64,000 nucleotides of DNA from Gammaproteobacteria bacterium (lineage in GTDB: Bacteria > Pseudomonadota > Gammaproteobacteria > JACKNK01), in the NCBI GenBank assembly GCA_024234895.1, contig JACKNJ010000004.1, positions 6,791 through 70,790 of the forward strand, in the 5' to 3' direction. The translations under genes and the position numbers were made by a program. This document shows, one piece after another, positions 40,804 to 52,087 of the stretch (position 1 is the stretch's first letter; every line of letters starts with the position of its first letter). The notes beneath the pieces are model-generated. The model was not told the DNA's origin. It worked only from the letters and a program-made list of their open reading frames with translations, and searched no databases.

Positions 40804-41655
40804 TCAGTTCAGATTACAGCGCAGGTTATCGATCAGCCGCGCAGCGCCCAGGCGCGCGGCAACAAGGATGACCAGATTTTTATCCGACGGGCCGGGATCA
40901 CCGAGATCGGCGGCCCGACGCACACTGACGTACTCGCAACGCAGGCCGGCCCCGTCCACCGCCCGGATCGTCCCGCACTCGACATCGTCGATCAGCACCC
41001 CGGCCCGCAATCTGTCTGCGGCGTCGACCAGACAGCCATGCAGAGCTGGTGCAATGGCGCGTTCATCCACACTCAGATAACCGTTGCGCGAGCTCATCGC
41101 GAGCCCGTCCGCTTCCCGCACCGTCGGCACACCGACGATGTCGATCGGGAAATTCAGGTCCGTCGTCAGCCGGCGGATGATCATGAGTTGCTGGAAGTCT
41201 TTCTCGCCGAACACGGCGACATCGGGCTGAACCAGATTGAACAGCTTGGCGACCACGGTAGCGACGCCCCGGAAATGGCCCGGACGAAAGGCGCCACAGA
41301 GGATGTTCGCCAGCTCCGGCGGCGGCTCCACGATGGTGGCGGACGCGACACCGCCCGGATAGATCGCCTCGGTCGGCGGCGCGAACAACAGATCGGCGCC
41401 GGCGCCTTGCAGTCCCTTCGCATCGGCATCCAGCGTGCGTGGATATTTGTCGAAATCCTCGCCCGCGCCGAACTGGGTCGGGTTCACGAACACGGACGCG
41501 ACGATCCGCTCGCCATGTTCCCGCCCGACCTCCACCAGGCGCAGATGGCCCGCATGCAGATTGCCCATGGTCGGAACCAATACGACGCGCTCGCCCGCAG
41601 CACGCCAAGCGCGGACCTGTGAGCGTAATGCGGATATACCCTCGACAACTTTCAT
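40804..41655 (-). CDS. panC: Pantoate--beta-alanine ligase
   Basis: The VLVPTMGNLHAGHLRLV HIGH-type motif and overall family match. Confidence 0.92.
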   Translation of the reverse strand: MKVVEGISALRSQVRAWRAAGERVVLVPTMGNLHAGHLRLVEVGREHGERIVASVFVNPTQFGAGEDFDKYPRTLDADAKGLQGAGADLLFAPPTEAIYPGGVASATIVEPPPELANILCGAFRPGHFRGVATVVAKLFNLVQPDVAVFGEKDFQQLMIIRRLTTDLNFPIDIVGVPTVREADGLAMSSRNGYLSVDERAIAPALHGCLVDAADRLRAGVLIDDVECGTIRAVDGAGLRCEYVSVRRAADLGDPGPSDKNLVILVAARLGAARLIDNLRCNLN

Positions 41656-41668
41656 CAAGGTCTCTCAG

Positions 41669-42397
41669 TCATAGAGACTGTATCGACCACGCCATCGCGT
41701 GGAACTTCACCGCGCTGTCGGATGATCGAGTCGAGTCTCCCGTTAAGTTGATCGCAGGGATTCCTGCATGAAAGGTCACCCCTATTTTCGGCACGCTGAT
41801 GAAATCGTAGGCTTCTCGCATCGCTTTATCTTTATTTTTGTTAGCCATAAAAAGATCTCGCCACCCATCTTTGCCACCGGCACCAAAAACCTCGGGGTAA
41901 ATTATTTTTTGGCGACCCGATGCAGTTGGAAGGCTCCCTAGACCAATAAAAGGGCGTTTCCGAATCATCTCTTTTATTTTTCCCTTCGTTCCAGCAATTA
42001 CCAAAATACAATCAGCATCTACTTGTTTGTCTTTTAAATAACCAGCCAAGACGCATAAACGCCATACATCGGACATGATATTGCGGGGAGTACAGTGGCC
42101 CGAGTCAGCCCATTTCACTTCAACTGCCACACGAATATCACCTCGATCATTCCCTGCGAGGTCGCACAGAGCGAAATCAATCTCTGGCTTCCTGTTAGTT
42201 GCATAGTCGGCTAGGACAGGATGATCCACACCACTCCAGACGCGAGCCGGCTTATCCGAGGGAAAAGAGCTCAGCACCTGCCCGATGACGAACTTCAGAG
42301 CGGCCTCATCGAACAATCCAGCGCGCAAACACAAATACTCATGGTGTAACCAGCATGATGCTGCCTCGGCCAATCTTCGCGCAGGCGCAATACTCAC
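41669..42397 (-). CDS. Hypothetical protein encoded by a low-GC insertion. It carries a putative PD-(D/E)xK nuclease-like motif.
   Basis: 242-codon ORF spanning an AT-rich tract of about 650 bp. Contains …PEIDFALCDLAGNDRGDIRVAVEVKW… (D-x6-E-x-K). The start is probably the GTG at 42397. The C-terminal roughly 30 aa read into flanking host sequence. Confidence 0.55.
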   Translation of the reverse strand: MSIAPARRLAEAASCWLHHEYLCLRAGLFDEAALKFVIGQVLSSFPSDKPARVWSGVDHPVLADYATNRKPEIDFALCDLAGNDRGDIRVAVEVKWADSGHCTPRNIMSDVWRLCVLAGYLKDKQVDADCILVIAGTKGKIKEMIRKRPFIGLGSLPTASGRQKIIYPEVFGAGGKDGWRDLFMANKNKDKAMREAYDFISVPKIGVTFHAGIPAINLTGDSTRSSDSAVKFHAMAWSIQSL

Positions 42398-42425
42398 GTT
42401 TGTTTATCGGCTCCAAGCCGTACTA
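41770..42425. other. Low-GC tract (roughly 45-50% against about 68% flanks) inserted between panB and panC; probable horizontally acquired cassette
   Basis: Abrupt compositional switch. It begins about 5 nt after the panB stop and ends about 115 nt before panC. Confidence 0.75.
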
Positions 42426-42429
42426 AAAA

Positions 42430-43254
42430 CTAATCGAAGCAATGCTCAGGACCAGGAAACTGCCGCATCTTGACCGCCTGCACATAGGCGACGATCGCCT
42501 CCGGGATCGAGCCTGCGCCGGCCATGAAATCCTTCACGAAGCGTGGCGGCCTGCCGGGGGTGATGCCCAACACATCGTGCAGCACCAGCACCTGGCCATC
42601 GCAGCCGACGCCGGCACCGATGCCGATGACCGGGATGTCGACGGCCTTGCTGATGCGTTCGGCGAGAGCGGCGGGAACGCATTCGAGCAGCAGCATGTCG
42701 GCGCCGGCGTCTTCCAGCTCACGCGCTTCCAGCAGCATGTGTTCGGCGGCGTCGCGCTCGCGGCCCTGCACCAGATAGGCGCCGAGCTTGTGGATCGACT
42801 GCGGCTTGAGTCCAAGGTGCGCGCAGACCGGAATGCCCTGCCCGACCAGCGCCTCGACCACGCCCAGCTGGGCAACACCGCCTTCCAGCTTGACCATCTG
42901 CGCGCCCGCCTCCTGCATGAAACGCCCGGCGTTGATGACCGCCCGGGCTTCGTCGCGGAAGCTCAGGAACGGCATGTCGGCGAGCAGCAGCGCGTGATCG
43001 AGTCCGGCCGCGACCGCGCGACCGTGATAGACGATGTCGTCGACGCTGACCGGCAGGGTGGTGTCGTGGCCCTGGATGACCATGCCCAACGAGTCGCCGA
43101 CCAGCACCACATCGACGCCCGCCGCGTCCGCGACGCGTGCGAAGCTGGCATCGTAGGCGGTCAGCATCGCGATCGGCTCGCCGGCCTGCTTCATCGCGCG
43201 CAGCGTGCGCACGGTGACCTTGCGGCGGGGCGCTTCGGGGTTCGCGTAACTCAT
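42430..43254 (-). CDS. panB: 3-methyl-2-oxobutanoate hydroxymethyltransferase
   Basis: 274 aa with …MLTAYDASFARVADAAGVDVVLVGDSLGMV… characteristic of PanB. Confidence 0.92.
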   Translation of the reverse strand: MSYANPEAPRRKVTVRTLRAMKQAGEPIAMLTAYDASFARVADAAGVDVVLVGDSLGMVIQGHDTTLPVSVDDIVYHGRAVAAGLDHALLLADMPFLSFRDEARAVINAGRFMQEAGAQMVKLEGGVAQLGVVEALVGQGIPVCAHLGLKPQSIHKLGAYLVQGRERDAAEHMLLEARELEDAGADMLLLECVPAALAERISKAVDIPVIGIGAGVGCDGQVLVLHDVLGITPGRPPRFVKDFMAGAGSIPEAIVAYVQAVKMRQFPGPEHCFD

Positions 43255-43258
43255 CGGC

Positions 43259-43933
43259 TCAGCCCCAGGCCGCCGGCAGCGGGTTATAGAACTGGCGCCC
43301 GCCGCGCATGTTCAGGATCACGTCGAGCAGGTTCTGGTAATCGGTGTCGTCCTCCACCGGGTTGAAGCCGGATGCGTTCACGATCAGCAACGGGCTCTCC
43401 TCGTAGGCGTGGAAGAAGCGATTGTAGGCATCGCTCAATGCAGCCAGATATTCATCGCTGATGTTGCGCTCCATGCGCCGACCGCGCCGCGCGATGCGTT
43501 CCTGCAGCACGCCTACCGGCGCCTGGAGGTAGACCACCAGATCCGGGTGCTTCACATCGGAGACCATGTGCCGGTAGACCTGCTCGTAGAGCTCGAATTC
43601 CTTGTCGTCGAGCGTGACCTCCGCAAACAGGCGGTCCTTGGCGATGAGGAAATCGGAAACGATACGGGGGCGGAACAGATCGCCCTCGCGCAGCTGCTGC
43701 ATCTGCATGGTGCGCTGCACGAGAAAGGAGAGCTGGGTGGCCAGCGCGTGCCGGCCAGGCTCCGCGTAGAAGCGGTCCAGGAATGGATTGTCCTCGGGAC
43801 GTTCGAGCAGGGTCTCGCCGTCCAGACTCTCGGCCAGACGCCGCGCGAGCGAGGTCTTGCCAACCCCAATCGCCCCCTCGATGACCACATGCCGCAGCTT
43901 GTTCGTCACGTTCGCCCCGTCAGATCGTTTCAT
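43259..43933 (-). CDS. Deoxynucleoside kinase (dAK/dGK family)
   Basis: P-loop IEGAIGVGKTSLARRLAE near the N-terminus and overall dNK family match. Lies between folK and panB, as in related genomes. Confidence 0.8.
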   Translation of the reverse strand: MKRSDGANVTNKLRHVVIEGAIGVGKTSLARRLAESLDGETLLERPEDNPFLDRFYAEPGRHALATQLSFLVQRTMQMQQLREGDLFRPRIVSDFLIAKDRLFAEVTLDDKEFELYEQVYRHMVSDVKHPDLVVYLQAPVGVLQERIARRGRRMERNISDEYLAALSDAYNRFFHAYEESPLLIVNASGFNPVEDDTDYQNLLDVILNMRGGRQFYNPLPAAWG

Positions 43934-44426
43934 CCGGAGACAGCCGGCGCATCCCGTTCAACGGGCAACCGGTCGCCATTTCCCGGGCGCAAGCGTAGCC
44001 CGGAATGCACACTTCCGGGGCGATCTCGGCGAGCGGGTGCAACACGAACTCGCGCTCGGCGATGCCCGGGTGCGGCACCCGCAGACGCGCGCTGTCGATG
44101 ACTTTGTCGCCGTACAGGAGCAGATCGAGATCGAGCGTGCGTGGGCCCCAGCGCTGACCGTCGCGGACGCGGTGATGAGCCTGTTCGATGGCTTGCAGCG
44201 CGTCCAGCAGGGCGGGCGCTTCGAGCGTCGTGCTCAGCATCGCGACGGCGTTGATGTAGGGCGGCTGGTCCTGCGGACCCATCGGCGCGCTGCGGTACAG
44301 GCTGGAACAGCGGAGATCGGCACAGCCGGGAATCAGCGCCAGTTCGTGACAGGCCCGACGGACCTGATCGAGTGGATCGTCGAGATTGCTGCCCAGGCCG
44401 ATGAACGCCCGGACGGAATCACTCAC
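43920..44426 (-). CDS. folK: 2-amino-4-hydroxy-6-hydroxymethyldihydropteridine pyrophosphokinase
   Basis: AFIGLGSNLDDP…WGPRTLDLDLLLYGD…PHPGIAEREFVL motifs. Start assigned to the GTG at 44426, so confidence in the start is moderate. Confidence 0.85.
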   Translation of the reverse strand: MSDSVRAFIGLGSNLDDPLDQVRRACHELALIPGCADLRCSSLYRSAPMGPQDQPPYINAVAMLSTTLEAPALLDALQAIEQAHHRVRDGQRWGPRTLDLDLLLYGDKVIDSARLRVPHPGIAEREFVLHPLAEIAPEVCIPGYACAREMATGCPLNGMRRLSPDETI

Positions 44427-45810
44427 CGCCGTCCGCCGGACCGTCGGCGGAATCGTTCCTGCGGCGTGGCCGCCGACGCCGACGGCGCTTGTCGCCATCC
44501 TCTTTCGGCACCGACATCTCGCGCTGCGCCTCGTCCATGCCGATGAAATCGGTCCACCAGGAACACAGCTCCGCCAGCGCCTCGCCGGCCTCGCCACGCA
44601 GCAACAGGAAATCGTAGGCCGCACGAAAACGCGGATGACTGACCAGACGCAGCGGACGCTTGCCGCTGCGCTGATCGAAACGCGATTGCAGATCCCATAT
44701 CTCGCGCACCGGCTGGGTGAAGCGGCGCGGCACCGAGGTGATTTCCTGCTGCGCGCGGATCACCGCCTCGAAGGCCGCGAAACGGGCCTCGTACGGGTCC
44801 ATGCCGTCCTCGATGCAGGCGGCGAGTTCCTCCTGATACGGCTCCCACAGCAGCGCCGCGTACAGGAAGAACGGCGTCACCGACTGGTCGCTGCGCACGC
44901 GCACGTCGGTGTTGTGCAGCGCCTTGGCGACGAAGGTGATCGGGAAACCGTCGTGTTCCTTGGTCAGGCTGTCCTCGGTCTGCGGGAACAGGTAACCGAA
45001 CAGGCCGTAATGGCGCAGCAGCTCGTAGGTGCTCAGCGCGTGGCCGGCCAGGAACAGCTTCAGGACCTCGTCGTAGAGACGCGCGGGCGGGATGTCGTCG
45101 AGCAGGCGGCCGAGTTCGAACAGCTTGCTCTCGCTGGCATCGGCGATGCGGAAACCCAGCTTGGCCGCGAAACGGACCGCGCGCAGCATGCGCACCGGGT
45201 CCTCGCGGTAACGCTGTTCCGCATCGTCGCCGATCAGGTGCAGTTCGCCCCTACGCAGGTCGGCCATGCCGCCGGTGTAATCGACCACCGAGAAATCGGC
45301 GACGTTGTAGTACAGCGCGTTGACGGTGAAATCGCGCCGCCAGGCGTCGGATTCGAGATCGCCCCAGACGTTGTCGCGCAGGATGCGGCCCTTGTCCTCA
45401 TCTACCCGGCCGGCGTCATCGGCATCATCGATAGCGTCATGCGGGGCGCGGAAGGTGGCGACCTCGATGACCTCGCGACCGTAGCGCACATGCGCCAGAC
45501 GGAAGCGCCGACCGACCAGGATGCAGTTGCGGAACAGGTCCTTGACCTCCTCCGGGTGCGCGTTGGTGGCGACGTCGAAATCCTTCGGCTCGCGCCCGAG
45601 CAGCAGGTCGCGCACGCCACCGCCGACGAGATAAGCCTCGAACCCGGCGTCCTTCAGGCGGTACAGGGTCTTTAACGCGGCTTCGCTGATGTTCGCGCGC
45701 GAGATGTTGTGTTCCGCGCGGGGGATGATCGTGGGACTGGAAATGGCGAGGGTCCGGAAAGCGAAGTAAGGGTTGAAATTCCTGGTTTGCCCAGCACTCG
45801 AAAACGGCAC
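44419..45810 (-). CDS. pcnB: Poly(A) polymerase I. The exact start is uncertain.
   Basis: …HNISRANISEAALKTLYRLKDAGFEAYLVGGGVRDLLLGREPKDFDVATNAHPEEV… is the canonical PcnB head domain. Confidence 0.88.
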   Translation of the reverse strand: MPFSSAGQTRNFNPYFAFRTLAISSPTIIPRAEHNISRANISEAALKTLYRLKDAGFEAYLVGGGVRDLLLGREPKDFDVATNAHPEEVKDLFRNCILVGRRFRLAHVRYGREVIEVATFRAPHDAIDDADDAGRVDEDKGRILRDNVWGDLESDAWRRDFTVNALYYNVADFSVVDYTGGMADLRRGELHLIGDDAEQRYREDPVRMLRAVRFAAKLGFRIADASESKLFELGRLLDDIPPARLYDEVLKLFLAGHALSTYELLRHYGLFGYLFPQTEDSLTKEHDGFPITFVAKALHNTDVRVRSDQSVTPFFLYAALLWEPYQEELAACIEDGMDPYEARFAAFEAVIRAQQEITSVPRRFTQPVREIWDLQSRFDQRSGKRPLRLVSHPRFRAAYDFLLLRGEAGEALAELCSWWTDFIGMDEAQREMSVPKEDGDKRRRRRRPRRRNDSADGPADGGE

Positions 45811-45902
45811 TTGAGTGGCTTCCGAGCGTGCGTATAATACGCGCCTCTTCGCGACGGGGACACCCGACAGGGCGGCCTCAGACGAAGAATGCTGTACATC
45901 GC

Positions 45903-45977
45903 GCTCCCTTCGTCTAGTGGTTAGGACGCTGGCCTCTCACGTCGGTAACAGGGGTTCGAATCCCCTAGGGAGCGCCA
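45903..45977 (+). tRNA. tRNA-Glu(CUC)
   Basis: GCTCCCTTCGTCTAGTGGTTAGGACGCTGGCCTCTCACGTCGGTAACAGGGGTTCGAATCCCCTAGGGAGCGCCA. Colinear with E. coli tRNA-Glu. The anticodon loop CTCTCAC gives anticodon CUC. Confidence 0.85.
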
Positions 45978-45993
45978 CTAGATTCTGACGTTG

Positions 45994-46024
45994 AAGCCCC
46001 GGTCCCTGGATCGGGGCTTTTTCG
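45994..46024 (+). terminator. Rho-independent terminator after tRNA-Glu
   Basis: aagccccggtccctggatcggggcttttt. Confidence 0.7.
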
Positions 46025-46277
46025 TTTCTGGCATTGGCGGAGCGCCGTGCGCGGGTGGCCCTGTATCGGGGTTTGCCAAGGTGGTCGACATCAGCAACCT
46101 CGATGGCGCGGCTTCGGGAGATGCCTCAACCCCGTCATGACACCCCACGACGACATCCGTGCCGACCCAACGGCAGGCGCCTGGACCAGCGTGATCGCCC
46201 GGCGTGTCGCCATTGCCCGAACCCGCTCAAGCACCCGCCTCAGGCCGTATCAACAAGCGATGCGCCGTGCCAACAAA

Positions 46278-46306
46278 AAAGCCCCCGGATCGCTCCGGGG
46301 GCTTTC
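46278..46306 (-). terminator. Rho-independent terminator after pnp
   Basis: On the minus strand, ccgaaagcccccggagcgatccgggggctttttt. Confidence 0.7.
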
Positions 46307-46329
46307 GGGTAACGCGGCCAGCTCGAGGC

Positions 46330-48420
<2,091 letters not shown>

Positions 48421-48473
48421 TTAAGGGTCCCTTTTTTGGTCGAGCGAATGGGGCGAGGTGAGCGAGGCGTCGC

Positions 48474-48743
48474 TTAACGACGCAGGCCGAGCTTGGCGAT
48501 CAGGTCCTGATAACGGCCCTGATCCTTGCCCTTGAGGTAGTCGAGCAGCTTGCGGCGCTGGTTGACCATGCGCAGCAGACCACGGCGGGAATGGTGGTCC
48601 TTCTTGTGATCGGCGAAGTGGCCGGTCAGATCGTTGATGCGGGCGGTCAGCAGCGCGACCTGCACCTCCGGGGAACCGGTGTCGCCGGTACCACGGGCGT
48701 TGTCGGCAACGATCTGGGCTTTCTGTTCAGTGGAAATCGCCAT
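48474..48743 (-). CDS. rpsO: 30S ribosomal protein S15
   Basis: 89 aa beginning [43 protein letters not shown]… with a GGAG ribosome-binding site. The ORF-track 5' extension is rejected. Confidence 0.93.
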   Translation of the reverse strand: MAISTEQKAQIVADNARGTGDTGSPEVQVALLTARINDLTGHFADHKKDHHSRRGLLRMVNQRRKLLDYLKGKDQGRYQDLIAKLGLRR

Positions 48744-48902
48744 GATTTGAGACTCCGATAAGTAAGGAGTGGACAAAACCGAACCCGCTCTTTGGCGTAC
48801 AGGCCCGGCGCAAAGCCGCGCATTGTACGCCCGGCCCATAGGGCTAACAAGCATCGTGGCGAGTGCCACACCATCGTCGGGAAAACCGGAAGCGAACACC
48901 CC

Positions 48903-48975
48903 GCAGGGGCGGGTTCAGCCGCGATCGACCGTTCTCGGAGCCCCAAACCCGATCGCGGCTGAAGCCGTTCCTACA
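48903..48975. repeat. Degenerate REP-type palindromic pair
   Basis: gcaggggcgggttcagccgcgatcg … cgatcgcggctgaagccgttcctaca. The terminal tcctaca supplies the TAG stop of the LysR gene on the minus strand. Confidence 0.7.
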
Positions 48976-49876
48976 ATGATGTCTCGCGCAGAAGCTCGAC
49001 GAACGCCTCGGCCACCGGGTTTTGCAGGTTCGAGCGGGTACGCGCGATCCACAACGTGCGCAGGATGCGCAATCCGGCAATCCGGATATGCACGAGTTCG
49101 CCGTCGACCAACGACTCGGCGACCACGAAGCGCGGCATGAAGCTGACATGCTTGCCGTGTTCCAGCATCTCGACGATGGTCTGGGTTGCACCGACCTCCA
49201 TGGCGACGTTCAGCGGCGGCGCGTTGATATCACCCAAGGCCTTCTCCAGGGTCACGCGCACCGAGGCCTTCGGTTCGCGCAGCACGTACCGGAGCCTAGC
49301 GGCGTCGGTGATGGTGACCGGCTCATCGATACCGGCGAGCGGGTGCGAACGCCCGCAGACCAGCAGCAACTCATCCTCCAGCCACTTCTGCACGAGGATG
49401 TCGGGGTGATCCGGCTCGTGTTCCAGCAGCGCCAGACCGACCAGGCCAGTCGCCAACTGCGTCTGCAAATCGCGCGAATAGCCGACGCTGCTCTCCAGGC
49501 GGTACTCCGGGTGGGCCTCGGCGAAGCGCAGCAGCAGGTTCGGAAGCAGGTGCTCACCGATGGTCTGTGACGCCGCCAGGCGCAGACTGTTGCGGCCTTC
49601 GCGCAGATATTCCAGATCACGCACCAGCAAGGCTTGATGGTCGAGCACGAGGCGGGCAAAGGCATAGACCCGCTCGCCAGCGCGACTCAGCGTCAGACGC
49701 CGTCCGTCGCGATGCATCAGCGGCACCCCATAGCGGGCATCGAGCGCGCGCAGACGTTTGGTCACGGCCGGTTGCCCAACGCACATTTCACGTGCCGCCG
49801 GCGCCACGCCGCCGAGTTCGACGACCGCCTTCAAGGTCGCCAGCTCGACCAGGTCGGGGAGATCTTTGTATTCCAT
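48971..49876 (-). CDS. LysR-family transcriptional regulator
   Basis: N-terminal HTH (…LATLKAVVELGGVAPAAREMCVGQPAVTKRLRALDARYGVPL…) plus an effector-binding domain. Divergent from the transporter gene. Confidence 0.88.
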   Translation of the reverse strand: MEYKDLPDLVELATLKAVVELGGVAPAAREMCVGQPAVTKRLRALDARYGVPLMHRDGRRLTLSRAGERVYAFARLVLDHQALLVRDLEYLREGRNSLRLAASQTIGEHLLPNLLLRFAEAHPEYRLESSVGYSRDLQTQLATGLVGLALLEHEPDHPDILVQKWLEDELLLVCGRSHPLAGIDEPVTITDAARLRYVLREPKASVRVTLEKALGDINAPPLNVAMEVGATQTIVEMLEHGKHVSFMPRFVVAESLVDGELVHIRIAGLRILRTLWIARTRSNLQNPVAEAFVELLRETSL

Positions 49877-49997
49877 CAGGGAATATTACCAACAAATAAT
49901 TCAATTGCGTGACAACCTGGAAAATCCGAGTATGCGGCGCTTTTGGGCCTTGACCACGCCTTTACCTTCCATCCGGCACCCGCCGAGGACATGCCAA

Positions 49998-51974
49998 ATG
50001 AGCACTTCGTCGACCGAATCGACCACCCCCCCGAACCCGCTGCGCAAGCAGATCATCGCCGCCGTGATCTTCGGCCTGGCCGGTCTCTGGCTGGCCAGCA
50101 TCGTGCCCAGCATCGAGATCGCCTGGGTCGTCGCCATCCTGCTGCTGACCATCTACCTGTTCGTGTTCGAGGTGGTCGGCGTCGACGTGGCGGCCGCCTC
50201 CGTGATGGTGCTCCTCGGTCTGACCTCCCTGGCCGCGCCGCTCATGGGCCTGGACGCCGGTCTGGTCGATTCCAAGCACCTGTTCAACGGCTTCTCGTCG
50301 AACGCGGTCATGTCGATCATCGCCGTCATGATCATCGGCGCCGGCCTCGACAAGACCGGCCTGATGAGCCATGTCGCCAGCTTCATCCTGAAGATCGGCG
50401 GCACCACCGAGGCGCGCATCATCCCGATCATCTCCTCGACGGTCGGCTTCATCTCCTCGTTCATGCAGAACGTCGGTGCGGCGGCGCTGTTCCTGCCGGT
50501 GGTCTCGCGCATCTCGGCGCGTTCCGGCCTGCCGATGTCGCGCCTGCTGATGCCGATGGGCTTCTGCGCGATCCTCGGCGGCACCGTGACCATGGTCGGT
50601 TCCTCGCCGCTGATCCTGCTCAACGACCTGATCCTGACCTCCAACAAGGCCCTGCCCGCCGAACAGCAGATGGAGACCTGGTCGCTGTTCTCGGTGACCC
50701 CGATCGGCCTGGCCCTGGTCGCCACCGGCATCATCTATTTCGTGCTTGCCGGCCGTTTCGTGCTGCCCGCCAACCAGAGCGGCAGCGGCGGCACCGCGAC
50801 CAGCTCCATGGAGTACTTCCAGCAGACCTACGGCCTGCAGATGTGCATGCGCGAGATGATCGTGCCCAAGGGCAGCGACATCAGCGGCCAGCCGCTCTAC
50901 GACGTCGAACACAACAACAAGGTGCGCGTGGTCGCGATGCTGCGTGGCTCCGACGACCTGCGCATCGGCGCGGACAGCCTGGCCCGCGACGTGCCCTTTG
51001 AGGCCGGCAGCCGTGTCGGCATCGTCGGCACCCCGACCCACTGCGCCGCCTTCGCCGACAAGTACGGCCTCAAGGCCCTGAAGGACTTCGACGCCTTCTC
51101 CGACGCCCTCTCCCCGACCAAGGCCGGTATCGCCGAGCTGGTCATCCCGCCGGGCTCCACGCTGATCGGCAAGAGCGCGCGCGACGTCTGGATGCGCAAG
51201 ACCTACGGCATCTCCCTGCTGGCGCTGCACCGTCAGGGCGAGACCACCGGCGAGGGCGAAGGCGTGCGCGACATGCCGTTCAAGGCCGGCGATACCCTGA
51301 TCGTGCACACCCCGTGGACCGTGCTGTCCCGCCTCGAGACCGACAAGGACTTCGTGGTCGTGACCACCGAGTACCCGCACGAGGAACTGCGTCCGAACAA
51401 GGTCGCGCCGGCGCTGATCTTCTTCGGCATCGCCCTGACCATGGTGCTGTTCACCGATCTGCGCCTGTCCGTCGCGCTGCTCACCGGCGCGCTCGGCATG
51501 GTCCTGTCCGGCGTGCTCAAGATCGAGGAGGCCTACCGGGCTGTGTCCTGGAAGACCGTCTTCCTGCTCGCCTCGCTGATCCCGCTCGGCCTCGCCGTGG
51601 AAACCACCGGCACCGCCAAGTGGATCGCCGAGCAGGTGCTGGGGGTGGTCGGCGGCGCCCCGATCTGGGTCATCCAGTTGGCGGTGGCGATGCTTGCCAC
51701 CTTCTTCACCCTGGTCATGTCCAACGTCGGCGCCACCGTGCTGCTCGTGCCGCTGGCGGTGAACATCGCCATCGGCGTCGGTGCCAACCCGGCGGTGTTC
51801 GCGCTGACCGTGGCGATCGCGACCTCCAACTCCTTCCTGATCCCGACCCACCAGGTCAACGCCCTGATCATGGGCCCGGCCGGCTACCGCGTGCCGGACT
51901 TCATGAAGGCCGGCGGCATCATGACCGTGCTGTTCCTGACGGTGATGATGATCATGATGAATTTGGTCTTCTGA
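49998..51974 (+). CDS. Ion-transporter-superfamily anion permease with two central TrkA_C (RCK_C) domains (SLC13/YfbS-like)
   Basis: 658 aa from MSTSSTE with a GAGGA ribosome-binding site. Two multi-TM halves flank a soluble region containing two RCK_C-like segments (…RVVAMLRGSDDLRIGADSL… and …AELVIPPGSTLIGKSARDVWMRKTYGISLLALHRQGE…). Confidence 0.7.
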   Translation: MSTSSTESTTPPNPLRKQIIAAVIFGLAGLWLASIVPSIEIAWVVAILLLTIYLFVFEVVGVDVAAASVMVLLGLTSLAAPLMGLDAGLVDSKHLFNGFSSNAVMSIIAVMIIGAGLDKTGLMSHVASFILKIGGTTEARIIPIISSTVGFISSFMQNVGAAALFLPVVSRISARSGLPMSRLLMPMGFCAILGGTVTMVGSSPLILLNDLILTSNKALPAEQQMETWSLFSVTPIGLALVATGIIYFVLAGRFVLPANQSGSGGTATSSMEYFQQTYGLQMCMREMIVPKGSDISGQPLYDVEHNNKVRVVAMLRGSDDLRIGADSLARDVPFEAGSRVGIVGTPTHCAAFADKYGLKALKDFDAFSDALSPTKAGIAELVIPPGSTLIGKSARDVWMRKTYGISLLALHRQGETTGEGEGVRDMPFKAGDTLIVHTPWTVLSRLETDKDFVVVTTEYPHEELRPNKVAPALIFFGIALTMVLFTDLRLSVALLTGALGMVLSGVLKIEEAYRAVSWKTVFLLASLIPLGLAVETTGTAKWIAEQVLGVVGGAPIWVIQLAVAMLATFFTLVMSNVGATVLLVPLAVNIAIGVGANPAVFALTVAIATSNSFLIPTHQVNALIMGPAGYRVPDFMKAGGIMTVLFLTVMMIMMNLVF

Positions 51975-52087
51975 TCAAACAGTTACGGTCGATATGCAAC
52001 ATGGGGCGCGCCCTCTTCGGGCGCGCCCCATGCTTCACCTGCTGACCTGCGACCCTCCTTTCTCTTTCATAGCGGGCAATCCTCACC

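Noticed and set aside
42404-42411. Exact sigma-28 -10 octamer GCCGATAA (minus strand) upstream of the island gene
   Set aside because: No acceptable TAAA -35 at the correct spacing, and it lies only 6 nt from the putative GTG start. An 8-mer match is expected by chance in a window this size. It is kept as a note inside the island finding, not as a promoter feature.
52003-52030. Perfect 11-bp-stem hairpin GGGGCGCGCCC-tcttc-GGGCGCGCCCC between the TrkA_C transporter gene and nhaD
   Set aside because: There is no following U-tract, so I did not call it a terminator. It may just be a GC palindrome or a weak attenuator.
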